From the NCBI GenBank assembly GCA_044892525.1, contig CM097885.1, positions 109,492,001 to 109,556,000 of the forward strand: a stretch of 64,000 nucleotides of DNA. Direction: 5' to 3'. Below, in pieces: positions 15,001-30,000 of the stretch (positions are counted from its first letter, which is position 1; each line of letters begins with the position of its first letter). This stretch comes from Schmidtea polychroa (lineage: Eukaryota). The notes below the pieces were generated by a model that saw only the letters and a program-made list of their open reading frames with translations, was not told the DNA's origin and did no database searches. The position numbers and the translations under genes are program-made.

Positions 15001-18000
15001 CTTCTTTCAATAACATTTCTTCTAATTCAATCAGTTTCGATTCACTAATTTCATTTTTCAAAGCATCTTTAGCGACTTTTATTCCATCAAGTAAATTCTC
15101 AACGTCTTTCCTGTTCAATAGTTTCTCTTTCTCACCTTCTTCGTCATCAAATAAACATTTAATTGCCTCCAATATTTTGTTACTATCCTCATCGCTATTA
15201 TCTAATCGCTTTTCACTCTTTATGCCTAATGCTTTTAATTGTTCACAAATAGATTTGTCAATTTTCACTTTAGATCCACTTTCTAAAGACCTGTTTAAAT
15301 CGTTTATAATTTCTTCCACAAATCTTCTTTCTTTTTCTCCAGTCTTTGATTTCGGAATCAATGATTTCATAATTTCCAAACTTTCAACTAGTTCTTTGCC
15401 TTTCAAGTTGTTCAATTCACCTTTCTCCAGAGCATCGCATAATAATTTCTGGCCACTTTCAAGTCCTACTTTTCGTTCCATAGTTACTTCATCAATAATT
15501 TCGTCAACAATGTCTGCATTTCTAATTACTGTCGAATCTGGTACAATGGATTCTGAGATATCTTTGCACAATTTCCTTAATCTTTCAGCCTCTTCTTTAT
15601 TCAATTCCAATTCCTTCGATTTGCAATCAACCACTTCTTGTAGTTTAGGAAGAACTGATTCCAATAGAGTTTTATTTGCTTTCCATTCGTTGGATCTTTC
15701 TGGGTCTGGCGTTTCATTGATTTTACTTTCAACTTTATCCATAGCCTTTGACAATTTCGATAAATCTTGTCCTTTCAATTTTATTTGATCACTCTTTGAA
15801 TTTTCCACTAATTCTTTCAAGATTGTTTCAATTGGTCGTCGACTATTTTCAATTTCATCATGTCGAGATCTTCTAATTCGTTCCGCAATATCAGGAATGC
15901 TAGATTGAATTTGTACTGCTTCACATAAAATACCCATCAGAGGCTCATTAACAGTTGCGGTTAGTTTTACGAGATCTTTTCCCTCCGAAACTTCTTTCAA
16001 TAACATTTCTTCTAATTCAATCAGTTTCGATTCACTAATTTCATTTTTCAAAGCATCTTTAGCGACTTTTATTCCATCAAGTAAATTCTCAACGTCTTTC
16101 CTGTTCAATAGTTTCTCTTTCTCACCTTTTTCGTCATCAAATAAACATTTAATTGCCTCCAATATTTTGTTACTATCCTCATCGCTATTATCTAATCGCT
16201 TTTCACTCTTTATGCCTAATGCTTTTAATTGTTCACAAATAGATTTGTCAATTTTCACTTTAGATCCACTTTCTAAAGACCTGTTTAAATCGTTTATAAT
16301 TTCTTCCACAAATCTTCTTTCTTTTTCTCCAGTCTTTGATTTCGGAATCAATGATTTCATAATTTCCAAACTTTCAACTAGTTCTTTGCCTTTCAAGTTG
16401 TTCAATTCACCTTTCTCCAGAGCATCGCATAATAATTTCTGGCCACTTTCAAGTCCTACTTTTCGTTCCATAGTTACTTCATCAATAATTTCGTCAACAA
16501 TGTCTGCATTTCTAATTACTGTCGAATCTGGTACAATGGATTCTGAGATATCTTTGCACAATTTCCTTAATCTTTCAGCCTCTTCTTTATTCAATTCCAA
16601 TTCCTTCGATTTGCATCCAACCACTTCTTGTAGTTTAGGAAGAACTGATTCCAATAGAGTTTTATTTGCTTTCCATTCGTTGGATCTTTCTGGGTCTGGC
16701 GTTTCATTGATTTTACTTTCAACTTTATCCATAGCCTTTGACAATTTCGATAAATCTTGTCCTTTCAATTTTATTTGATCACTCTTTGAATTTTCCACTA
16801 ATTCTTTCAAGATTGTTTCAATTGGTCGTCGACTATTTTCAATTTCATCATGTCGAGATCTTCTAATTCGTTCCGCAATATCAGGAATGCTAGATTGAAT
16901 TTGTACTGCTTCACATAAAATACCCATCAGAGGCTCATTAACAGTTGCGGTTAGTTTTACGAGATCTTTTCCCTCCGAAACTTCTTTCAATAACATTTCT
17001 TCTAATTCAATCAGTTTCGATTCACTAATTTCATTTTTCAAAGCATCTTTAGCGACTTTTATTCCATCAAGTAAATTCTCAACGTCTTTCCTGTTCAATA
17101 GTTTCTCTTTCTCACCTTCTTCGTCATCAAATAAACATTTAATTGCCTCCAATATTTTGTTACTATCCTCATCGCTATTATCTAATCGCTTTTCACTCTT
17201 TATGCCTAATGCTTTTAATTGTTCACAAATAGATTTGTCAATTTTCACTTTAGATCCACTTTCTAAAGACCTGTTTAAATCGTTTATAATTTCTTCCACA
17301 AATCTTCTTTCTTTTTCTCCAGTCTTTGATTTCGGAATCAATGATTTCATAATTTCCAAACTTTCAACTAGTTCTTTGCCTTTCAAGTTGTTCAATTCAC
17401 CTTTCTCCAGAGCATCGCATAATAATTTCTGGCCACTTTCAAGTCCTACTTTTCGTTCCATAGTTACTTCATCAATAATTTCGTCAACAATGTCTGCATT
17501 TCTAATTACTGTCGAATCTGGTACAATGGATTCTGAGATATCTTTGCACAATTTCCTTAATCTTTCAGCCTCTTCTTTATTCAATTCCAATTCCTTCGAT
17601 TTGCAATCAACCACTTCTTGTAGTTTAGGAAGAACTGATTCCAATAGAGTTTTATTTGCTTTCCATTCGTTGGATCTTTCTGGGTCTGGCGTTTCATTGA
17701 TTTTACTTTCAACTTTATCCATAGCCTTTGACAATTTCGATAAATCTTGTCCTTTCAATTTTATTTGATCACTCTTTGAATTTTCCAATAATTCTTTCAA
17801 GATTGTTTCAATTGGTCGTCGACTATTTTCAATTTCATCATGTCGAGATCTTCTAATTCGTTCCGCAATATCAGGAATGCTAGATTGAATTTGTACTGCT
17901 TCACATAAAATACCCATCAGAGGCTCATTAACAGTTGCGGTTAGTTTTACGAGATCTTTTCCCTCCGAAACTTCTTTCAATAACATTTCTTCTAATTCAA

Positions 18001-21000
18001 TCAGTTTCGATTCACTAATTTCATTTTTCAAAGCATCTTTAGCGACTTTTATTCCATCAAGTAAATTCTCAACGTCTTTCCTGTTCAATAGTTTCTCTTT
18101 ATCACCTTCTTCGTCATCAAATAAACATTTAATTGCCTCCAATATTTTGTTACTATCCTCATCGCTATTATCTAATCGCTTTTCACTCTTTATGCCTAAT
18201 GCTTTTAATTGTTCACAAATAGATTTGTCAATTTTCACTTTAGATCCACTTTCTAAAGACCTGTTTAAATCGTTTATAATTTCTTCCACAAATCTTCTTT
18301 CTTTTTCTCCAGTCTTTGATTTCGGAATCAATGATTTCATAATTTCCAAACTTTCAACTAGTTCTTTGCCTTTCAAGTTGTTCAATTCACCTTTCTCCAG
18401 AGCATCGCATAATAATTTCTGACCACTTTCAAGTCCTACTTTTCGTTCCATAGTTACTTCATCAATAATTTCGTCAACAATGTCTGCATTTCTAATTACT
18501 GTCGAATCTGGTACAATGGATTCTGAGATATCTTTGCACAATTTCCTTAATCTTTCAGCCTCTTCTTTATTCAATTCCAATTCCTTCGATTTGCAATCAA
18601 TCCCTTCTTGTAGTTTAGGAAGAACTGATTCAAATAAAGTTTTATTTGCTTTCCATTCGTTGGATCTTTCTGGGTCTGGCGTTTCATTGATTTTACTTTC
18701 AACTTTATCCATAGCCTTTGACAATTTCGATAAATCTTGTCCTTTCAATTTTATTTGATCACTCTTTGAATTTTCCACTAATTCTTTCAAGATTGTTTCA
18801 ATTGGTCGTCGACTATTTTCAATTTCATCATGTCGAGATCTTCTAATTCGTTCCGCAATATCAGGAATGCTAGATTGAATTTGTACTGCTTCACATAAAA
18901 TACCCATCAGAGGCTCATTAACAGTTGCGGTTAGTTTTACGAGATCTTTTCCCTCCGAAACTTCTTTCAATAACATTTCTTCTAATTCAATCAGTTTCGA
19001 TTCACTAATTTCATTTTTCAAAGCATCTTTAGCGACTTTTATTCCATCAAGTAAATTCTCAACGTCTTTCCTGTTCAATAGTTTCTCTTTATCACCTTCT
19101 TCGTCATCAAATAAACATTTAATTGCCTCCAATATTTTGTTACTATCCTCATCGCTATTATCTAATCTCTTTTCACTCTTTATGCCTAATGCTTTTAATT
19201 GTTCACAAATAGATTTGTCAATTTTCACTTTAGATCCACTTTCTAAAGACCTGTTTAAATCGTTTATAATTTCTTCCACAAATCTTCTTTCTTTTTCTCC
19301 AGTCTTTGATTTCGGAATCAATGATTTCATAATTTCCAAACTTTCAACTAGTTCTTTGCCTTTCAAGTTGTTCAATTCACCTTTCTCCAGAGCATCGCAT
19401 AATAATTTCTGACCACTTTCAAGTCCTACTTTTCGTTCCATAGTTACTTCATCAATAATTTCGTCAACAATGTCTGCATTTCTAATTACTGTCGAATCTG
19501 GTACAATGGATTCTGAGATATCTTTGCACAATTTCCTTAATCTTTCAGCCTCTTCTTTATTCAATTCCAATTCCTTCGATTTGCAATCAATCACTTCTTG
19601 TAGTTTAGGAAGAACTGATTCAAATAAAGTTTTATTTGCTTTCCATTCGTTGGATCTTTCTGAGTCTGGCGTTTCATTGATTTTACTTTCAACTTTATCC
19701 ATAGCCTTTGACAATTTCGATAAATCTTGTCCTTTCAATTTTATTTGATCACTCTTTGAATTTTCCACTAATTCTTTCAAGATTGTTTCAATTGGTCGTC
19801 GACTATTTTCAATTTCATCATGTCGAGATCTTCTAATTCGTTCCGCAATATCAGGAATGCTAGATTGAATTTGTACTGCTTCACATAAAATACCCATCAG
19901 AGGCTCATTAACAGTTGCGGTTAGTTTTACGAGATCTTTTCCCTCCGAAACTTCTTTCAATAACATTTCTTCTAATTCAATCAGTTTCGATTCACTAATT
20001 TCATTTTTCAAAGCATCTTTAGCGACTTTTATTCCATCAAGTAAATTCTCAACGTCTTTCCTGTTCAATAGTTTCTCTTTCTCACCTTCTTCGTCATCAA
20101 ATAAACATTTAATTGCCTCCAATATTTTGTTACTATCCTCATCGCTATTATCTAATCGCTTTTCACTCTTTATGCCTAATGCTTTTAATTGTTCACAAAT
20201 AGATTTGTCAATTTTCACTTTAGATCCACTTTCTAAAGACCTGTTTAAATCGTTTATAATTTCTTCCACAAATCTTCTTTCTTTTTCTCCAGTCTTTGAT
20301 TTCGGAATCAATGATTTCATAATTTCCAAACTTTCAACTAGTTCTTTGCCTTTCAAGTTGTTCAATTCACCTTTCTCCAGAGCATCGCATAATAATTTCT
20401 GACCACTTTCAAGTCCTACTTTTCGTTCCATAGTTACTTCATCAATAATTTCGTCAACAATGTCTGCATTTCTAATTACTGTCGAATCTGGTACAATGGA
20501 TTCTGAGATATCTTTGCACAATTTTCTTAATCTTTCAGCCTCTTCTTTATTCAATTCCAATTCCTTCGATTTGCAATCAATCACTTCTTGTAGTTTAGGA
20601 AGAACTGATTCAAATAAAGTTTTATTTGCTTTCCATTCGTTGGATCTTTCTGGGTCTGGCGTTTCATTGATTTTACTTTCAACTTTATCCATAGCCTTTG
20701 ACAATTTCGATAAATCTTGTCCTTTCAATTTTATTTGATCACTCTTTGAATTTTCCACTAATTCTTTCAAGATTGTTTCAATTGGTCGTCGACTATTTTC
20801 AATTTCATCATGTCGAGATCTTCTAATTCGTTCCGCAATATCAGGAATGCTAGATTGAATTTGTACTGCTTCACATAAAATACCCATCAGAGGCTCATTA
20901 ACAGTTGCGGTTAGTTTTACGAGATCTTTTCCCTCCGAAACTTCTTTCAATAACATTTCTTCTAATTCAATCAGTTTCGATTCACTAATTTCATTTTTCA

Positions 21001-24000
21001 AAGCATCTTTAGCGACTTTTATTCCATCAAGTAAATTCTCAACGTCTTTCCTGTTCAATAGTTTCTCTTTATCACCTTCTTCGTCATCAAATAAACATTT
21101 AATTGCCTCCAATATTTTGTTACTATCCTCATCGCTATTATCTAATCTCTTTTCACTCTTTATGCCTAATGCTTTTAATTGTTCACAAATAGATTTGTCA
21201 ATTTTCACTTTAGATCCACTTTCTAAAGACCTGTTTAAATCGTTTATAATTTCTTCCACAAATCTTCTTTCTTTTTCTCCAGTCTTTGATTTCGGAATCA
21301 ATGATTTCATAATTTCCAAACTTTCAACTAGTTCTTTGCCTTTCAAGTTGTTCAATTCACCTTTCTCCAGAGCATCGCATAATAATTTCTGACCACTTTC
21401 AAGTCCTACTTTTCGTTCCATAGTTACTTCATCAATAATTTCGTCAACAATGTCTGCATTTCTAATTACTGTCGAATCTGGTACAATGGATTCTGAGATA
21501 TCTTTGCACAATTTCCTTAATCTTTCAGCCTCTTCTTTATTCAATTCCAATTCCTTCGATTTGCAATCAACCACTTCTTGTAGTTTAGGAAGAACTGATT
21601 CCAATAGAGTTTTATTTGCTTTCCATTCGTTGGATCTTTCTGGGTCTGGCGTTTCATTGATTTTACTTTCAACTTTATCCATAGCCTTTGACAATTTCGA
21701 TAAATCTTGTCCTTTCAATTTTATTTGATCACTCTTTGAATTTTCCACTAATTCTTTCAAGATTGTTTCAATTGGTCGTCGACTATTTTCAATTTCATCA
21801 TGTCGAGATCTTCTAATTCGTTCCGCAATATCAGGAATGCTAGATTGAATTTGTACTGCTTCACATAAAATACCCATCAGAGGCTCATTAACAGTTGCGG
21901 TTAGTTTTACGAGATCTTTTCCCTCCGAAACTTCTTTCAATAACATTTCTTCTAATTCAATCAGTTTCGATTCACTAATTTCATTTTTCAAAGCATCTTT
22001 AGCGACTTTTATTCCATCAAGTAAATTCTCAACGTCTTTCCTGTTCAATAGTTTCTCTTTCTCACCTTTTTCGTCATCAAATAAACATTTAATTGCCTCC
22101 AATATTTTGTTACTATCCTCATCGCTATTATCTAATCGCTTTTCACTCTTTATGCCTAATGCTTTTAATTGTTCACAAATAGATTTGTCAATTTTCACTT
22201 TAGATCCACTTTCTAAAGACCTGTTTAAATCGTTTATAATTTCTTCCACAAATCTTCTTTCTTTTTCTCCAGTCTTTGATTTCGGAATCAATGATTTCAT
22301 AATTTCCAAACTTTCAACTAGTTCTTTGCCTTTCAAGTTGTTCAATTCACCTTTCTCCAGAGCATCGCATAATAATTTCTGGCCACTTTCAAGTCCTACT
22401 TTTCGTTCCATAGTTACTTCATCAATAATTTCGTCAACAATGTCTGCATTTCTAATTACTGTCGAATCTGGTACAATGGATTCTGAGATATCTTTGCACA
22501 ATTTCCTTAATCTTTCAGCCTCTTCTTTATTCAATTCCAATTCCTTCGATTTGCATCCAACCACTTCTTGTAGTTTAGGAAGAACTGATTCCAATAGAGT
22601 TTTATTTGCTTTCCATTCGTTGGATCTTTCTGGGTCTGGCGTTTCATTGATTTTACTTTCAACTTTATCCATAGCCTTTGACAATTTCGATAAATCTTGT
22701 CCTTTCAATTTTATTTGATCACTCTTTGAATTTTCCACTAATTCTTTCAAGATTGTTTCAATTGGTCGTCGACTATTTTCAATTTCATCATGTCGAGATC
22801 TTCTAATTCGTTCCGCAATATCAGGAATGCTAGATTGAATTTGTACTGCTTCACATAAAATACCCATCAGAGGCTCATTAACAGTTGCGGTTAGTTTTAC
22901 GAGATCTTTTCCCTCCGAAACTTCTTTCAATAACATTTCTTCTAATTCAATCAGTTTCGATTCACTAATTTCATTTTTCAAAGCATCTTTAGCGACTTTT
23001 ATTCCATCAAGTAAATTCTCAACGTCTTTCCTGTTCAATAGTTTCTCTTTCTCACCTTCTTCGTCATCAAATAAACATTTAATTGCCTCCAATATTTTGT
23101 TACTATCCTCATCGCTATTATCTAATCGCTTTTCACTCTTTATGCCTAATGCTTTTAATTGTTCACAAATAGATTTGTCAATTTTCACTTTAGATCCACT
23201 TTCTAAAGACCTGTTTAAATCGTTTATAATTTCTTCCACAAATCTTCTTTCTTTTTCTCCAGTCTTTGATTTCGGAATCAATGATTTCATAATTTCCAAA
23301 CTTTCAACTAGTTCTTTGCCTTTCAAGTTGTTCAATTCACCTTTCTCCAGAGCATCGCATAATAATTTCTGGCCACTTTCAAGTCCTACTTTTCGTTCCA
23401 TAGTTACTTCATCAATAATTTCGTCAACAATGTCTGCATTTCTAATTACTGTCGAATCTGGTACAATGGATTCTGAGATATCTTTGCACAATTTCCTTAA
23501 TCTTTCAGCCTCTTCTTTATTCAATTCCAATTCCTTCGATTTGCAATCAACCACTTCTTGTAGTTTAGGAAGAACTGATTCCAATAGAGTTTTATTTGCT
23601 TTCCATTCGTTGGATCTTTCTGGGTCTGGCGTTTCATTGATTTTACTTTCAACTTTATCCATAGCCTTTGACAATTTCGATAAATCTTGTCCTTTCAATT
23701 TTATTTGATCACTCTTTGAATTTTCCACTAATTCTTTCAAGATTGTTTCAATTGGTCGTCGACTATTTTCAATTTCATCATGTCGAGATCTTCTAATTCG
23801 TTCCGCAATATCAGGAATGCTAGATTGAATTTGTACTGCTTCACATAAAATACCCATCAGAGGCTCATTAACAGTTGCGGTTAGTTTTACGAGATCTTTT
23901 CCCTCCGAAACTTCTTTCAATAACATTTCTTCTAATTCAATCAGTTTCGATTCACTAATTTCATTTTTCAAAGCATCTTTAGCGACTTTTATTCCATCAA

Positions 24001-27000
24001 GTAAATTCTCAACGTCTTTCCTGTTCAATAGTTTCTCTTTATCACCTTCTTCGTCATCAAATAAACATTTAATTGCCTCCAATATTTTGTTACTATCCTC
24101 ATCGCTATTATCTAATCGCTTTTCACTCTTTATGCCTAATGCTTTTAATTGTTCACAAATAGATTTGTCAATTTTCACTTTAGATCCACTTTCTAAAGAC
24201 CTGTTTAAATCGTTTATAATTTCTTCCACAAATCTTCTTTCTTTTTCTCCAGTCTTTGATTTCGGAATCAATGATTTCATAATTTCCAAACTTTCAACTA
24301 GTTCTTTGCCTTTCAAGTTGTTCAATTCACCTTTCTCCAGAGCATCGCATAATAATTTCTGACCACTTTCAAGTCCTACTTTTCGTTCCATAGTTACTTC
24401 ATCAATAATTTCGTCAACAATGTCTGCATTTCTAATTACTGTCGAATCTGGTACAATGGATTCTGAGATATCTTTGCACAATTTCCTTAATCTTTCAGCC
24501 TCTTCTTTATTCAATTCCAATTCCTTCGATTTGCAATCAATCACTTCTTGTAGTTTAGGAAGAACTGATTCAAATAAAGTTTTATTTGCTTTCCATTCGT
24601 TGGATCTTTCTGGGTCTGGCGTTTCATTGATTTTACTTTCAACTTTATCCATAGCCTTTGACAATTTCGATAAATCTTGTCCTTTCAATTTTATTTGATC
24701 ACTCTTTGAATTTTCCACTAATTCTTTCAAGATTGTTTCAATTGGTCGTCGACTATTTTCAATTTCATCATGTCGAGATCTTCTAATTCGTTCCGCAATA
24801 TCAGGAATGCTAGATTGAATTTGTACTGCTTCACATAAAATACCCATCAGAGGCTCATTAACAGTTGCGGTTAGTTTTACGAGATCTTTTCCCTCCGAAA
24901 CTTCTTTCAATAACATTTCTTCTAATTCAATCAGTTTCGATTCACTAATTTCATTTTTCAAAGCATCTTTAGCGACTTTTATTCCATCAAGTAAATTCTC
25001 AACGTCTTTCCTGTTCAATAGTTTCTCTTTATCACCTTCTTCGTCATCAAATAAACATTTAATTGCCTCCAATATTTTGTTACTATCCTCATCGCTATTA
25101 TCTAATCTCTTTTCACTCTTTATGCCTAATGCTTTTAATTGTTCACAAATAGATTTGTCAATTTTCACTTTAGATCCACTTTCTAAAGACCTGTTTAAAT
25201 CGTTTATAATTTCTTCCACAAATCTTCTTTCTTTTTCTCCAGTCTTTGATTTCGGAATCAATGATTTCATAATTTCCAAACTTTCAACTAGTTCTTTGCC
25301 TTTCAAGTTGTTCAATTCACCTTTCTCCAGAGCATCGCATAATAATTTCTGACCACTTTCAAGTCCTACTTTTCGTTCCATAGTTACTTCATCAATAATT
25401 TCGTCAACAATGTCTGCATTTCTAATTACTGTCGAATCTGGTACAATGGATTCTGAGATATCTTTGCACAATTTCCTTAATCTTTCAGCCTCTTCTTTAT
25501 TCAATTCCAATTCCTTCGATTTGCAATCAATCACTTCTTGTAGTTTAGGAAGAACTGATTCAAATAAAGTTTTATTTGCTTTCCATTCGTTGGATCTTTC
25601 TGGGTCTGGCGTTTCATTGATTTTACTTTCAACTTTATCCATAGCCTTTGACAATTTCGATAAATCTTGTCCTTTCAATTTTATTTGATCACTCTTTGAA
25701 TTTTCCACTAATTCTTTCAAGATTGTTTCAATTGGTCGTCGACTATTTTCAATTTCATCATGTCGAGATCTTCTAATTCGTTCCGCAATATCAGGAATGC
25801 TAGATTGAATTTGTACTGCTTCACATAAAATACCCATCAGAGGCTCATTAACAGTTGCGGTTAGTTTTACGAGATCTTTTCCCTCCGAAACTTCTTTCAA
25901 TAACATTTCTTCTAATTCAATCAGTTTCGATTCACTAATTTCATTTTTCAAAGCATCTTTAGCGACTTTTATTCCATCAAGTAAATTCTCAACGTCTTTC
26001 CTGTTCAATAGTTTCTCTTTATCACCTTCTTCGTCATCAAATAAACATTTAATTGCCTCCAATATTTTCTTACTATCCTCATCGCTATTATCTAATCGCT
26101 TTTCACTCTTTATGCCTAATGCTTTTAATTGTTCACAAATAGATTTGTCAATTTTCACTTTAGATCCACTTTCTAAAGACCTGTTTAAATCGTTTATAAT
26201 TTCTTCCACAAATCTTCTTTCTTTTTCTCCAGTCTTTGATTTCGGAATCAATGATTTCATAATTTCCAAACTTTCAACTAGTTCTTTGCCTTTCAAGTTG
26301 TTCAATTCACCTTTCTCCAGAGCATCGCATAATAATTTCTGACCACTTTCAAGTCCTACTTTTCGTTCCATAGTTACTTCATCAATAATTTCGTCAACAA
26401 TGTCTGCATTTCTAATTACTGTCGAATCTGGTACAATGGATTCTGAGATATCTTTGCACAATTTCCTTAATCTTTCAGCCTCTTCTTTATTCAATTCCAA
26501 TTCCTTCGATTTGCATCCAACCACTTCTTGTAGTTTAGGAAGAACTGATTCCAATAAAGTTTTATTTGCTTTCCATTCGTTGGATCTTTCTGAGTCTGGC
26601 GTTTCATTGATTTTACTTTCAACTTTATCCATAGCCTTTGACAATTTCGATAAATCTTGTCCTTTCAATTTTATTTGATCATTCTTTGAATTTTCCACTA
26701 ATTCTTTCAAGATTGTTTCAATTGGTCGTCGACTATTTTCAATTTCATCATGTCGAGATCTTCTAATTCGTTCCGCAATATCAGGAATGCTAGATTGAAT
26801 TTGTACTGCTTCACATAAAATACCCATCAGAGGCTCATTAACAGTTGCGGTTAGTTTTACGAGATCTTTTCCCTCCGAAACTTCTTTCAATAACATTTCT
26901 TCTAATTCAATCAGTTTCGATTCACTAATTTCATTTTTCAAAGCATCTTTAGCGACTTTTATTCCATCAAGTAAATTCTCAACGTCTTTCCTGTTCAATA

Positions 27001-30000
27001 GTTTCTCTTTATCACCTTCTTCGTCATCAAATAAACATTTAATTGCCTCCAATATTTTGTTACTATCCTCATCGCTATTATCTAATCGCTTTTCACTCTT
27101 TATGCCTAATGCTTTTAATTGTTCACAAATAGATTTGTCAATTTTCACTTTAGATCCACTTTCTAAAGACCTGTTTAAATCGTTTATAATTTCTTCCACA
27201 AATCTTCTTTCTTTTTCTCCAGTCTTTGATTTCGGAATCAATGATTTCATAATTTCCAAACTTTCAACTAGTTCTTTGCCTTTCAAGTTGTTCAATTCAC
27301 CTTTCTCCAGAGCATCGCATAATAATTTCTGACCACTTTCAAGTCCTACTTTTCGTTCCATAGTTACTTCATCAATAATTTCGTCAACAATGTCTGCATT
27401 TCTAATTACTGTCGAATCTGGTACAATGGATTCTGAGATATCTTTGCACAATTTCCTTAATCTTTCAGCCTCTTCTTTATTCAATTCCAATTCCTTCGAT
27501 TTGCATCCAACCACTTCTTGTAGTTTAGGAAGAACTGATTCCAATAAAGTTTTATTTGCTTTCCATTCGTTGGATCTTTCTGAGTCTGGCGTTTCATTGA
27601 TTTTACTTTCAACTTTATCCATAGCCTTTGACAATTTCGATAAATCTTGTCCTTTCAATTTTATTTGATCATTCTTTGAATTTTCCACTAATTCTTTCAA
27701 GATTGTTTCAATTGGTCGTCGACTATTTTCAATTTCATCATGTCGAGATCTTCTAATTCGTTCCGCAATATCAGGAATGCTAGATTGAATTTGTACTGCT
27801 TCACATAAAATACCCATCAGAGGCTCATTAACAGTTGCGGTTAGTTTTACGAGATCTTTTCCCTCCGAAACTTCTTTCAATAACATTTCTTCTAATTCAA
27901 TTAGTTTCGATTCACTAATTTCATTTTTCAAAGCATCTTTAGCGACTTTTATTCCATCAAGTAAATTCTCAACGTCTTTCCTGTTCAATAGTTTCTCTTT
28001 CTCACCTTTTTCGTCATCAAATAAACATTTAATTGCCTCCAATATTTTGTTACTATCCTCATCGCTATTATCTAATCGCTTTTCACTCTTTATGCCTAAT
28101 GCTTTTAATTGTTCACAAATAGATTTGTCAATTTTCACTTTAGATCCACTTTCTAAAGACCTGTTTAAATCGTTTATAATTTCTTCCACAAATCTTCTTT
28201 CTTTTTCTCCAGTCTTTGATTTCGGAATCAATGATTTCATAATTTCCAAACTTTCAACTAGTTCTTTGCCTTTCAAGTTATTCAATTCACCTTTCTCCAG
28301 AGCATCGCATAATAATTTCTGACCACTTTCAAGTCCTACTTTTCGTTCCATAGTTACTTCATCAATAATTTCGTCAACAATGTCTGCATTTCTAATTACT
28401 GTCGAATCTGGTACAATGGATTCTGAGATATCTTTGCACAATTTCCATAATCTTTCAGCCTCTTCTTTATTCAATTCCAATTCCTTCGATTTGCAATCAA
28501 CCACTTCTTGTAGTTTAGAAAGAACTGATTCCAATAAAGTTTTATTTGCTTTCCATTCGTTGGATCTTTCTGAGTCTGGCGTTTCATTGATTTTACTTTC
28601 AACTTTATCCATAGCCTTTGACAATTTCGATAAATCTTGTCCTTTCAATTTTATTTGATCATTCTTTGAATTTTCCATTAATTCTTTTAAGATTGTTTCA
28701 ATTGGTCGTCGACTATTTTCAATTTCATCATGTCGAGATCTTCTAATTCGTTCCGCAATATCAGGAATGCTAGATTGAATTTGTACTGCTTCACATAAAA
28801 TACCCATCAGAGGCTCATTAACAGTTGCGGTTAGTTTTACGAGATCTTTTCCCTCCGAAACTTCTTTCAATAACATTTCTTCTAATTCAATCAGTTTCGA
28901 TTCACTAATTTCATTTTTCAAAGCATCTTTAGCGACTTTTATTCCATCAAGTAAATTGTCAACGTCTTCCTTGTTCAATAGTTTCTCTTTCTCCCCTTCT
29001 TCGTCATCAAATAAACATTTAATTGCCTCCAATATTTTGTTACTATCATCATCGCTATTATCTAATCGCTTTTCACTCTTTATGCCTAATGCTTTTAATT
29101 GTTCACAAATAGATTTGTCAATTTTCACTTTAGATCCACTTTCTAAAGACCTGTTTAAATCGTTTATAATTTCTTCCACAAATCTTCTTTCTTTTTCTCC
29201 AGTCTTTGATTTCGGAATCAATGATTTCATAATTTCCAAACTTTCAACTAGTTCTTTGCCTTTCAAGTTGTTCAATTCACCTTTCTCCAGAGCATCGCAT
29301 AATAATTTCTGACCACTTTCAAGTCCTACTTTTCGTTCCATAGTTACTTCATCAATAATTTCGTCAACAATGTCTGCATTTCTAATTACTGTCGAATCTG
29401 GTACAATGGATTCTGAGATATCTTTGCACAATTTCCTTAATCTTTCAGCCTCTTCTTTATTCAATTCCAATTCCTTCGATTTGCAATCAACCACTTCTTG
29501 TAGTTTAGGAAGAACTGATTCCAATAAAGTTTTATTTGCTTTCCATTCGTTGGATCTTTCTGAGTCTGGCGTTTCATTGATTTTACTTTCAACTTTATCC
29601 ATAGCCTTTGACAATTTCGATAAATCTTGTCCTTTCAATTTTATTTGATCATTCTTTGAATTTTCCACTAATTCTTTCAAGATTGTTTCAATTGGTCGTC
29701 GACTATTTTCAATTTCATCATGTCGAGATCTTCTAATTCGTTCCGCAATATCAGGAATGCTAGATTGAATTTGTACTGCTTCACATAAAATACCCATCAG
29801 AGGCTCATTAACAGTTGCGGTTAGTTTTACGAGATCTTTTCCCTCCGAAACTTCTTTCAATAACATTTCTTCTAATTCAATCAGTTTCGATTCACTAATT
29901 TCATTTTTCAAAGCATCTTTAGCGACTTTTATTCCATCAAGTAAATTCTCAACGTCTTTCCTGTTCAATAGTTTCTCTTTCTCACCTTCTTCGTCATCAA